The translations under genes and the position numbers were made by a program. Shown here piece after piece: positions 21,006 to 29,765 of a stretch of DNA of 64,000 bases; the first letter of the stretch is position 1; the number at the start of each line of letters is the position of its first letter. Location: positions 128,001 to 192,000 of the forward strand of contig CAWCNY010000007.1 in the NCBI GenBank assembly GCA_963797095.1. The letters are read 5' to 3'. This DNA comes from an uncultured Chloroflexia bacterium. Its GTDB lineage: Bacteria > Chloroflexota > Chloroflexia > QHBQ01 > JADMIH01. The notes beneath the pieces were generated by a model, which was not told the DNA's origin, searched no databases, and saw nothing but the letters and a program-made list of their open reading frames with translations.

Positions 21006-21509
21006 ATGAGCAAACAAAAATACGAACAAGAGATAGAAGAAATACTGAAGAAGTATGACGAAGAAAAAGGTAAGCGGGAACGGAACAGCGCGGACGCCGG
21101 GTCCCCAGGAGACCGCGTGAGCAACCCCAAGCCCAGGCCACCTATCGACTTCCGCGCGGCGCAATCCAGGCGTACCACTTATTCGCGCCCGCCACAGAAG
21201 AGCGGGCCATCCATGCCCAACTGGAAGCGCCTCAGTGCTGGGCAGTATATCGCCATGGCTATCGGGGCTGCGGTGCTGGCGGTGCTGGTTGGAAGAAGCA
21301 TCCCGATACTTACGGGTGTGCTGGTGATCCTATCTGCAATACTCTTTTTCATTCCCTTCGTGCTTTACCGGAGCACGGGCACGACCTCAGGCGGTTATTC
21401 GCCTACAGAGGAGAAGCGCTGGCGCGGGCAGCCTATTGACTACAGGCCGAATCAGAATGACGATGATGATCCTTTGGCCGGTGTCAAACGATGGCTGAAG
21501 AAGCGGTAG
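21006..21509 (+). CDS. hypothetical two-TM membrane protein
   Basis: KYEQEIEEIL N-terminus, two hydrophobic helices, EKRWRGQPI. Confidence 0.7.
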   Translation: MSKQKYEQEIEEILKKYDEEKGKRERNSADAGSPGDRVSNPKPRPPIDFRAAQSRRTTYSRPPQKSGPSMPNWKRLSAGQYIAMAIGAAVLAVLVGRSIPILTGVLVILSAILFFIPFVLYRSTGTTSGGYSPTEEKRWRGQPIDYRPNQNDDDDPLAGVKRWLKKR

Positions 21510-21595
21510 TCTCTAAAAGTAGCACAATCGGGCGCTGAACACCCGATTGTGCTTCGCATGGAATCCATGCAAACATTTACTTGCACTCTTCGCGC

Positions 21596-22384
21596 TTAAT
21601 CTTCGGCCAGATTCTCTAGCGAGAGTTTCTCGGTTTCCGGTCTGCTCATCTCTAGCCATTCGAGGACGCGGTGGCTGGTTTCGGGGTCGTGAGGGGCGAA
21701 GCGATGGTCGCCGCCAGGGAGGAGCCAGCAGGTTTTCGGCTCTTCAACAGAATTGTAAATCCGCTCGCTGATATGCGAGGGAACCGATTGGTCGCCTTCG
21801 GAATGGACGAGCAGGAATGGGCGCGGGTGAATTCTGCGCGCCGACTTGACAACATCCAGCCTGTAAAGTAATTGCATGGTGGAATTGACGTTCACTCGCG
21901 GAGGATTGTCGGAAACCATTGGCGACTTATGGCCGCGCTGAACGAGGGCAACCTCTTCCATAGTAATCAGCATGATCGCTTCGGTGGGGGGGCAATATGC
22001 GATTACAGGAGAGACATCTCGCAGGTGGGCCGCGGTATGGATAGCGAGCCAACCGCCCATAGAGTTGCCCCGGATGGCGATGCTTGTGGGGTTTACTTCA
22101 GGACGTGATTGCAGATACTGGAGGGAGGCTGCTACGTCGTTGAAGATGTTGGAATCCACCTCGCCGCCACTTTCGCCGTGTCCACGCAAATCGGGCGCCA
22201 GCACAACGAAACCCCCCTCCGAGGCCATCTGTGCGAAATCGGCATGGTTCTCTTTGCACGAATCAAAGCCGTGACAGACAATTATACCGGGCCACCAATC
22301 GGCGGAGTCGGCGTTCCTCTGAGGCAGATAGAGGTTGGCCGCCAGGTCAACGCCGTCATAGGTTGTAAATTTCACTTGCTCCAT
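21596..22384 (-). CDS. alpha/beta-fold hydrolase
   Basis: RBS AGAGG then MEQVKF; CHGF, DLRGHGES, GNSMGG nucleophile motif, D..VP and GGDH. Confidence 0.85.
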   Translation of the reverse strand: MEQVKFTTYDGVDLAANLYLPQRNADSADWWPGIIVCHGFDSCKENHADFAQMASEGGFVVLAPDLRGHGESGGEVDSNIFNDVAASLQYLQSRPEVNPTSIAIRGNSMGGWLAIHTAAHLRDVSPVIAYCPPTEAIMLITMEEVALVQRGHKSPMVSDNPPRVNVNSTMQLLYRLDVVKSARRIHPRPFLLVHSEGDQSVPSHISERIYNSVEEPKTCWLLPGGDHRFAPHDPETSHRVLEWLEMSRPETEKLSLENLAED

Positions 22385-22423
22385 AGATTTGCCTCTCCGA
22401 AGACGAAGGACGAATGATAACTG

Positions 22424-22554
22424 GTGACGAGTGACGAGTGACGAGTGACGAGTGACGAGTGAGTAATGCATACTTCGTACTGCTTATTCTTTCGTCCTTC
22501 GTCGTCACCTATCACGTATCACGTATCACGTATCACGTATCACGTATCACGTAT
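22424..22554. repeat. two heptamer arrays, (GTGACGA)5 at 22424-22458 and (CACGTAT)6 at 22513-22554
   Basis: Perfect tandem copies in a divergent intergenic region. Confidence 0.95.
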
Positions 22555-22628
22555 CATGGTCTCGTTTGCGTTCTCTTTCACCCTTTGCTATAGTCTCATA
22601 GCCACTAATATACCAGGAGAAATCAGCT

Positions 22629-23979
22629 TTGTCTCAAATGAACACAATAGAATTCGGGTATCGGGAGCAGCTTGCACGCAAAATAGCGGATCGCACAGCC
22701 GTTGTGAGCGTTATCGGGCTGGGTTATGTGGGGCTGCCTCTTGCCGTGGAGTTTGCCAGGGCCGGGTTCCGAGTAGTCGCACTCGACCTCGACGAACGCA
22801 AGATCGCGGATATCAACGCCGGCCGCTCTTATATTAAGGATGCTGACGAGCCGGGATGTGAAGGAGGCGGTGGAGGCGAGCAGGTTGCACGCTACCAGCG
22901 ACTATCACTCTTTGCACGAAGTAGACACGATATCTATCTGCGTGCCGACGCCGCTCCGCAAGACCAAAGACCCCGACATATCCTTTATTGTGTCGGCAGC
23001 CGAGTCTATCGCCGCCAACTTCCGCCCAGGCCAGCTTGTAGTGCTTGAAAGCACTACCTACCCCGGTACTACGGACGAGATCATTTTACCACGCCTTTCG
23101 GCGGGAGGCTACACGGTTGGCCTCGACTTCTTCCTTGCGTTCTCGCCGGAGCGGGTAGACCCCGGCAATCCTCAGTTTCAGACGGCGAACATCCCCAAGG
23201 TGATGGGCGGCGTCACGCTTGCGTGCCGCGACCTGGCGACCGCCCTCTATTCGACCATCATCGAGCGGGTGATCCCGGTATCATCGACCGCTACAGCCGA
23301 GATGGTGAAATTGCTGGAGAACACGTTCAGAGCGGTAAATATCGGCATGGCAAACGAGCTTGCGATTATGTGCGCCAAGCTCGGAATAGATGTATGGGAG
23401 GTGATCGAGGCGGCGTCTACCAAGCCGTTCGGGTTCATGCCGTTCTACCCCGGGCCGGGGCTGGGAGGGCACTGCATACCGATCGACCCGCATTATCTAT
23501 CGTGGAAGCTGAAGACGTTGAATTACAATGCGCGGTTCATCGAATTGGCGTCCGAGATAAACACCAATATGCCCAATTATGTGCTCGATCTGGTGGCAGA
23601 CGCGCTGAACGACCGGGGCAAGCCGCTGCGGGGAAGCAAGGTGCTCGTACTGGGTGTTACATATAAGCGGGACATCGAGGATGTGCGCGAGTCGCCCGCG
23701 ATGGATATCATCAGCCTCCTTCAGAGCAAGGGAGCGCAGGCCGATTACCACGACCCATATGTGCCGACGCTCCAGATAGCGGAGCTGCGCGATGACCCGA
23801 TCACGATCAGCAGCATTGAGCTTAGCGAGAAGACAATCAGGGCTTATGATGTGGTGGTTATCGTCACGGACCACATTTCATACGATTATGATTGGATCGT
23901 GCGCAACTCGAAGCTGGTGGTAGATACCAGGAACGCCACCAGGAATGTGCACGATAAGGGCAACATCAGAAGATTATAA
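22629..23979 (+). CDS. UDP-N-acetylhexosamine 6-dehydrogenase (WbpA/WecC family), frameshifted at about 22843
   Basis: GLGYVG Rossmann motif in the first frame; [21 protein letters not shown] and GGHC in the second. Removing C22843 gives YIKDVTSRDV. Confidence 0.85.
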
Positions 23980-23984
23980 GGTCG

Positions 23985-25271
23985 ATGTTCCGCACACTCC
24001 TTAGAGACGAATCGAATCACTTCCGCGTCGTTGATGACCCATCGGCTATCAGCGAGATCGTCATGCATAAAGAGCGCCTTTTGTGGCTCGATGTGGAGAG
24101 TCCCACCGCCGCCGAGCTTGGGATGATCCAGGAAGAGTTCAGTTTGCACCCCCTCGCCATCGAGGACGCGGCCACGCGCCACCAGCGCCCCAAGGTGGAC
24201 CAGTACGACAATTTCTACCTGGTGATCTTCTATTCGGTCGAACTGGACGTGCCGGGCGAGGCTGTTCTGCAAGGGAGGCGCGGCTTGCGCGGCAGCGCGT
24301 TCCACGATGGGTACGAAGGCATGAGTGAAACTGCCGGGGCTGGTCCGTTTGAGCGCGAATCGGCCCAGGATAATGTAATCGCAGAACACCTGACACAGGA
24401 AGTCGCCAACGATACCGACGAGCGGGTGGTGTTACGCGAGTTGACGCTTTTCATGGGCGAGAATTACCTGATAACGGTGCACAATTACCCGGTCCCCGAG
24501 TTGGACGAGGCCGCGAAGCGGTGGCGGCGAAACGCCGAGATCATCACGACCGAGCACGAAAAGCCGGAGGAGGTGCCTGGCACCCGCCGTCTCAAACCGC
24601 AGGACGAGTCTCAGTTCAAGCGCACAGGCTCGCCGGCGGGCAACGGGAGCAATGTGGGTGCAGGTGCAAACGATACGCAGGGGCCACAAACCGCGCAACG
24701 AGTAAGTGGGGTAGGCATTCTCCTCTATTCGCTGCTAAACTCGATTGTCGATAGCTACTTCCCGACAATCGATAGCATTGTTGAGCGTGTGGAGGGCCTG
24801 GAAGAGCAGATATTCGAGCGGTTCGATCAGAGGTCTATCGAATCGATCTTCACTCTGAAGAAGGACCTGCTTACGCTTCGCAAGGTGCTCGCCCCTGAAC
24901 GCGATGTGTTGAACGTGCTGATCCGCCGCGATCTCCCGATCTTCGATGAGCATACTATCGTTTACTTCCAGGATGTGTACGATCATGTAGTGCGCATCAC
25001 CGACAGCATAGACACCTACCGCGACCTGCTATCGAGCGCTCTGGACAGCTATCTTTCGATGCAAAGCAACCGCCTCAACATCACAGTGCAGACGCTGACC
25101 TCGGTTTCTATCATGCTGATGAGCATTGCCACGATTACAGGCTGGTACGGGATGAACTTCACCATGATGCCTGAGCTAAACTCCACATTAGGTTACCCGG
25201 GCGTTATTCTGCTGGTGGCTGTGATCGTGGTTATTGAATATATCTTCTTCAAGCGCAGGGGATGGCTGTAA
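23985..25271 (+). CDS. corA: CorA Mg2+/Co2+ transporter
   Basis: LHPLAIEDA, QRPKVD.Y, YFQDVYDH, YGMNF..MPEL and two C-terminal TMs. Confidence 0.93.
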   Translation: MFRTLLRDESNHFRVVDDPSAISEIVMHKERLLWLDVESPTAAELGMIQEEFSLHPLAIEDAATRHQRPKVDQYDNFYLVIFYSVELDVPGEAVLQGRRGLRGSAFHDGYEGMSETAGAGPFERESAQDNVIAEHLTQEVANDTDERVVLRELTLFMGENYLITVHNYPVPELDEAAKRWRRNAEIITTEHEKPEEVPGTRRLKPQDESQFKRTGSPAGNGSNVGAGANDTQGPQTAQRVSGVGILLYSLLNSIVDSYFPTIDSIVERVEGLEEQIFERFDQRSIESIFTLKKDLLTLRKVLAPERDVLNVLIRRDLPIFDEHTIVYFQDVYDHVVRITDSIDTYRDLLSSALDSYLSMQSNRLNITVQTLTSVSIMLMSIATITGWYGMNFTMMPELNSTLGYPGVILLVAVIVVIEYIFFKRRGWL

Positions 25272-25461
25272 AGATTTCGGATTGCGGATTTTGGATTCGT
25301 GCTAACAGGGGAAGGGGTCATTGAACTTACAGGGTGGGGAAAGTGTAGTCTTAATTCAAAGAGGCTCTAAAACGTCAAACATCCTGGGCTGGCAAGGGAT
25401 ATTATTAGCAGAACAATAGCCTCCCAGGATCTTCCTGATTTTTGAACTCGAGTTTTTTTGC

Positions 25462-26124
25462 ATGAACGAGCGTGAAGCCATAGCTCGCCTGAAGAAGCGA
25501 GATATAAGCGGGTTGGAGTACCTGGTAATGGAATATCAGGTGCAGGCCACCCGCATAGCCTACCTCATCTGCCGCGATGAAGCGCTCGCGCAGGATATAG
25601 TGCAGACCCTCTTTATTCGCGCTTACGAGCGGATCGAACAGTTCGATGCCTCTATGCCGTTCGGCCCCTGGTTCTTCCGAAGCGTCGCCAACGACGCCAT
25701 CAAGGCGGCAGCACGCCGAGAGCGCATCTTATCGCTGGACGACGAAGCAGGCACATGGGCCGCAGAGTGGGAAGCCACCAGGGTCGCCCCCGACTTGGAG
25801 GAGAGGCTGGAACGGCTGGAGACGAGTGCGGCGGTAAGCGCCGCCATAGAGCAGTTACCTCCTGACCAGCGGGCGGCCATAGTGATGCGCTACTACCTGG
25901 AGCTAAGCGACGAGGAGATGTCCGAGAAGCTGGAGTGCGCGAAGAGCACAGTCCGGTGGAAGCTACACACTGCAAGGCGCAAACTACGCGGATTGCTCTC
26001 AGGGTGGGCAGCCTCGCCTGACGGTGAGCACGGGAGCGCGCCTGAGCTGGCTGAGATACCGGTCGATTCCAGCATGAGCCACAGAACAGTGGCAGCCTTT
26101 GTGAAAGGAGGCGACGCGCTATGA
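25462..26124 (+). CDS. ECF sigma-70 factor
   Basis: AQDIVQ..FIRAY, F.PWF in region 2; LPPDQRAAIVMRYY and STVRWKLHTARRKL in region 4. Confidence 0.9.
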   Translation: MNEREAIARLKKRDISGLEYLVMEYQVQATRIAYLICRDEALAQDIVQTLFIRAYERIEQFDASMPFGPWFFRSVANDAIKAAARRERILSLDDEAGTWAAEWEATRVAPDLEERLERLETSAAVSAAIEQLPPDQRAAIVMRYYLELSDEEMSEKLECAKSTVRWKLHTARRKLRGLLSGWAASPDGEHGSAPELAEIPVDSSMSHRTVAAFVKGGDAL

Positions 26125-26948
26125 GCGACAAAGAGCGCATTAGCGGGCATACACACGGCAGAACGCGCATAGCACGCGCCCTGCACGAAGACGCAAGCAG
26201 GATCATAAGCGACGACCTCAACCTGTGGCCGCAGATACGGACGCGTATGACTGAAACGCAGGAGGACAGCGGGGTAAGAGGTGGATTGTCGGCTCGTGCA
26301 GAGCACGAGGAGTTGCCGGCGAGGCAAGGCAGGGCTATCCGGAGCACTGGACGTGAGGGCAACCGTCACTTCAACCTGACGCGGATGCTCCCATCGGCAT
26401 TGATGGCCGTGTGTATGGTGGCCTTCCTGCTGGGGGCTTACCTGCTACCCAACAACACCGCAGTACCCCACAACACCGTCCTCAACGCCTGCGACCTGAT
26501 CACCCAGTCAGAGGTTGAGAACCTGACCGGCACTTCGATGGATCAGTTCCGGTGGCAGCCTAATTTGTCCGAACTGGTAGCGTGCGCCTATTTCGGCCAG
26601 GACGAGATGATCAACGTAATGGTGGCTAACTTCAAGAGCGAAGAGGAGGCCAACAATTACCTGGAAACCATTCGGCCCGACCTTGCCACCGGCCTGGAGG
26701 CCCAGCAAGCAACGTCCGGCTACGGCCAGGGAGGCATGGGCGGACGAAGGATAGATGTCAGCGGCGATGAGGCCTTCTCCAACTCGCGCACTCCCAGCAA
26801 TCGCAATATCAGTTTCTGGGACGTGCTGGTGAGCCAGCATAACCGCTACTTCATCATTACCTGGATGACCAGCGCCTCAAGGCCCGACCCCACGTCTCAG
26901 ATGCAAGACCTGGCCCGGTTGGTGGCTTCGCGCCTTCCCGCCAGGTAA
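26121..26948 (+). CDS. putative single-TM anti-sigma factor
   Basis: ATGA overlap with the ECF gene; L.LWPQIR motif, one TM, extracellular ACDLIT..EV...C.Y domain. Confidence 0.6.
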   Translation: MSDKERISGHTHGRTRIARALHEDASRIISDDLNLWPQIRTRMTETQEDSGVRGGLSARAEHEELPARQGRAIRSTGREGNRHFNLTRMLPSALMAVCMVAFLLGAYLLPNNTAVPHNTVLNACDLITQSEVENLTGTSMDQFRWQPNLSELVACAYFGQDEMINVMVANFKSEEEANNYLETIRPDLATGLEAQQATSGYGQGGMGGRRIDVSGDEAFSNSRTPSNRNISFWDVLVSQHNRYFIITWMTSASRPDPTSQMQDLARLVASRLPAR

Positions 26949-26970
26949 GCCCGCCTCAAATAGACCCATC

Positions 26971-27972
26971 ATGGCCGAAGCACTAGCTGCCCCGCAAGCC
27001 CACGACCAGGCACTTGTAACTGCTGATAGGATAGAGACGCAGTTTGCTATGGTCTGGCGGCGATTTCGCAGGCACAAAGCCGGTATCGCGGGGATTGTTG
27101 TGCTGCTGTTGCTGGCGGTGTCTTGCATATTGGTGCCGGTGTTCAGCTCATTCGACCTCTACACGGTAAATCCGGCGCAGCGATATGCCAATTTCGGGGA
27201 AACCGATATTCTGGTGGGCGGCACGCACTGGCTCGGAACGGACTGGCTCGGACGCGACGAGATGGTGCGGCTCTTCTTCGCAGGGCGCACTTCACTCTTT
27301 GTGGCGCTTTTATCTACAGCTTTAGTAGTGATAATCGGATCGGTGGTAGGGGGCGTCGCGGGGTTCTACGGAAGTTGGGTGGACACGTTCGTCATGCGGT
27401 TCACAGATTTCTTGCTGGCCCTGCCGCTGCTACCTCTATTTCTGTTCGCGCTCAGGTTCCTGCGTGAAAGCCAGGCGCTTACAACTATGTGGCAGAACCA
27501 GGACTCGAACACGTTTATAACAATCGTGGCTATCAGTGGCGTGTTTACTCTGTTCGGGTGGATGGGGTTGGCTCGATTGGTGCGCGGGTCGGTGCTAACG
27601 TTGCGCACGCAGACTTATATCGAGGCAGCACGCGCCCTGGGGGTAAGCAACCGCCGCATTATCTTCCGCCACCTGCTGCCCAACACGATAGCGCCCATAC
27701 TGGTGTCGGCTACTTTCGCCGTCGGCGATTTCATTATCCTGGAGGCTGTGCTGGCCTACTTCAATCAGGGGATCAACGACCCGCCGCTCCCTTCATGGGG
27801 CAATATGATCGTTTCCACTCAGAGCCTGGCTTTCGGCATCACGGAGCTTAATCCGTTTGTGAATGTGCGCGGCTGGCTATTCCTGATGCCCGGCTTTATG
27901 GTGGTAGCTGCCGTGTTGTCTATCAACTACATAGGTGACGCGCTCAGGAGCGCTCTCGATCCGCACCAGTGA
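26971..27972 (+). CDS. peptide ABC transporter permease (DppC/OppC)
   Basis: HWLGTDWLGRD, EAARALG, RHLLPN and PSWGNM. Confidence 0.92.
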   Translation: MAEALAAPQAHDQALVTADRIETQFAMVWRRFRRHKAGIAGIVVLLLLAVSCILVPVFSSFDLYTVNPAQRYANFGETDILVGGTHWLGTDWLGRDEMVRLFFAGRTSLFVALLSTALVVIIGSVVGGVAGFYGSWVDTFVMRFTDFLLALPLLPLFLFALRFLRESQALTTMWQNQDSNTFITIVAISGVFTLFGWMGLARLVRGSVLTLRTQTYIEAARALGVSNRRIIFRHLLPNTIAPILVSATFAVGDFIILEAVLAYFNQGINDPPLPSWGNMIVSTQSLAFGITELNPFVNVRGWLFLMPGFMVVAAVLSINYIGDALRSALDPHQ

Positions 27973-27984
27973 TGGTAGTCGGAG

Positions 27985-28067
27985 GTTCCAAGTTCCAAGT
28001 TCCAAGTTCCAAGTTCCAAGTTCCTGAGCTCTGACTACCGACTACCGACTACCGACTACTAACAACT
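27985..28067. repeat. heptamer arrays (GTTCCAA)5 and (GACTACC)3+
   Basis: Fill the dppC-dppB spacer up to the ATG at 28068. Confidence 0.9.
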
Positions 28068-29291
28068 ATGTCCACTTATCTTATACGCCGATTCTTTCAG
28101 ACGCTGGCCTTTATTTTCGTTGCATGGCTGGCGGTTTATACTGTGCTCGTTTACGTGATGCCGAACGGGCCGAGAGCCAGGTATGCACGGGCGCTTGAAA
28201 GCGGAGGGATAGATATTATTCAGACGGGAACGCAGGTATTTCCCGCTACGGCATTTGCGATGGAATACCAGTACAAGGTCGATAAGCCGTGGCCCTTCAG
28301 TTTCCTGACCTGGCTGTTCGATCCGAGTGATACGACGGAGACGGTGTTTGATGAAAACAACGATCAGGTGGAGGTGACCAAGGGGATCGATATTGCGATT
28401 GGCCCTGTACGCTTGAGAGGGTCGGGGATATTGACAGGCAACTTCGGCTACGTGGAGCGCACTTCGGGGCTGGGTATTAGCCGCCCTGAGCCTGTAATGG
28501 ATGTGATCGGGTCGAGGTGGGGCAATACGGTGAGTATGATTGGGTTGGCTTTTATAGTGGCTTTGCTGCTGGCGATCCCGGTGGGGATCATTGCGGCGGT
28601 GAGGCAGCGGACTATGCTTGACAATGCGCTCACGTTTGCGACTTTCACGGGGTTTTCCATACCACCGTTCATGCTGGGTATGCTGATGGTGATCATATTC
28701 GGGGTGCTGCCCTACCAGTTCAGGGCGCGATTCGGGTGGGATTGGCTGCCGTTCTTTCCGGCGGCGTATGTGGCAGATAGCTCGGACCTGTACGATAGTA
28801 TCCCCAATCGGTTATACCACCTGGTGCTTCCTGTGGCGACGCTGGCCTTACCGCAGATTGCGTTGTTATCAAGGCAGGTGCGGTTTTCTATGCTGGAGGT
28901 GATGAAGCAGGACTTTATACGCACGGCGTGGGCGAAGGGGGTATCGGCGCGGCGGGTGATCCTGAAGCATACGTTTCGCAACGCGCTGATCCCGATTATT
29001 ACGACTATAGGGCTGGCGATCCCTGTGATTCTTTCGGGGGCGATCATGGTGGAGTCGATTTTCAGCTATGCAGGCATGGGGCAGCTTTACTACCGAGCAC
29101 TGGGGGGATGCCTGGCGACAGGTCCTTCTGTGGAGTTTTTCTGTCCACCTGACCAGCGCCTGCTGCCGCTTGATTATCCCACTACGCTTGCGCTTACTTT
29201 GCTAATCATTGTGGTGGTGGCGTTCTCAAACATGATCGCTGATGTTCTTTATACGTTCGCGGACCCTCGTATCAGCTACAAATCGCGCTAG
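28068..29291 (+). CDS. peptide ABC transporter permease (DppB/OppB)
   Basis: YLIRR, HLVLPV.TL, DFIRTAWAKG, H.FRNALIP and ADVLY..ADPRI. Confidence 0.92.
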   Translation: MSTYLIRRFFQTLAFIFVAWLAVYTVLVYVMPNGPRARYARALESGGIDIIQTGTQVFPATAFAMEYQYKVDKPWPFSFLTWLFDPSDTTETVFDENNDQVEVTKGIDIAIGPVRLRGSGILTGNFGYVERTSGLGISRPEPVMDVIGSRWGNTVSMIGLAFIVALLLAIPVGIIAAVRQRTMLDNALTFATFTGFSIPPFMLGMLMVIIFGVLPYQFRARFGWDWLPFFPAAYVADSSDLYDSIPNRLYHLVLPVATLALPQIALLSRQVRFSMLEVMKQDFIRTAWAKGVSARRVILKHTFRNALIPIITTIGLAIPVILSGAIMVESIFSYAGMGQLYYRALGGCLATGPSVEFFCPPDQRLLPLDYPTTLALTLLIIVVVAFSNMIADVLYTFADPRISYKSR

Positions 29292-29312
29292 CGGTACAAA
29301 GAGCGCATTCTA

Positions 29313-29353
29313 AACAAAGGAAGTTGGCGGTGAGATCGCCAACTTCCTTTGTT
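29313..29353 (+). terminator. intrinsic terminator
   Basis: 17-bp perfect inverted repeat AACAAAGGAAGTTGGCG/CGCCAACTTCCTTTGTT. Confidence 0.8.
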
Positions 29354-29457
29354 AGGACGTTCCAGGCGTGAATGCGAAAGGCGCGTGGATGCGCGAAAGG
29401 AAAAGGAGTAGTACTAAAGTACTGGAAAATTGCTAGCCGGCAAAAGTGAATATTCCC

Positions 29458-29486
29458 TTGCAATCCCATTGTGGAATAGATATACT
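29458..29486 (+). promoter_or_regulatory. sigma70-type promoter
   Basis: TTGCAA-17-TATACT, about 280 nt upstream of the ATG at 29766. Confidence 0.65.
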
Positions 29487-29765
29487 CTTTGCATTCTTTC
29501 GCGACCACAGGGGCGCCGAAGGCAGCGAAAGGACCCAAAGGCGGCAAGGTAGCGTATGGCGAAACGGCCAGCGATTTGCAGCAATAAAGGCCACAGGCTC
29601 GACAAGAGGTCATCGTAGGATAGAGCGAAATAGGTTAGCTCATCACTAATACGAATAGCCTCACGGGCGCGTGGCCTTTTTGCTTGTATGGCGTTTTGGC
29701 TAGAAGCGCTTACGCAATTGCCGAATCGAGAGAAGGGAAGACAGAGAGAGCAAAGGAGAAGAAGC

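Noticed and set aside
20282-25350. Shared ECF promoter motif TGAACTT...AAGTGTAG at 20282 and 25322
   Set aside because: The spacing differs by 4 nt, and the first site reads equally well as sigma70 TTGACG-17-TAGAAA.
29510-29545. Glycine riboswitch (CGCCGAAGG...AAAGGACC)
   Set aside because: The upstream GGAGA and the CTCTCAGG elements are missing.
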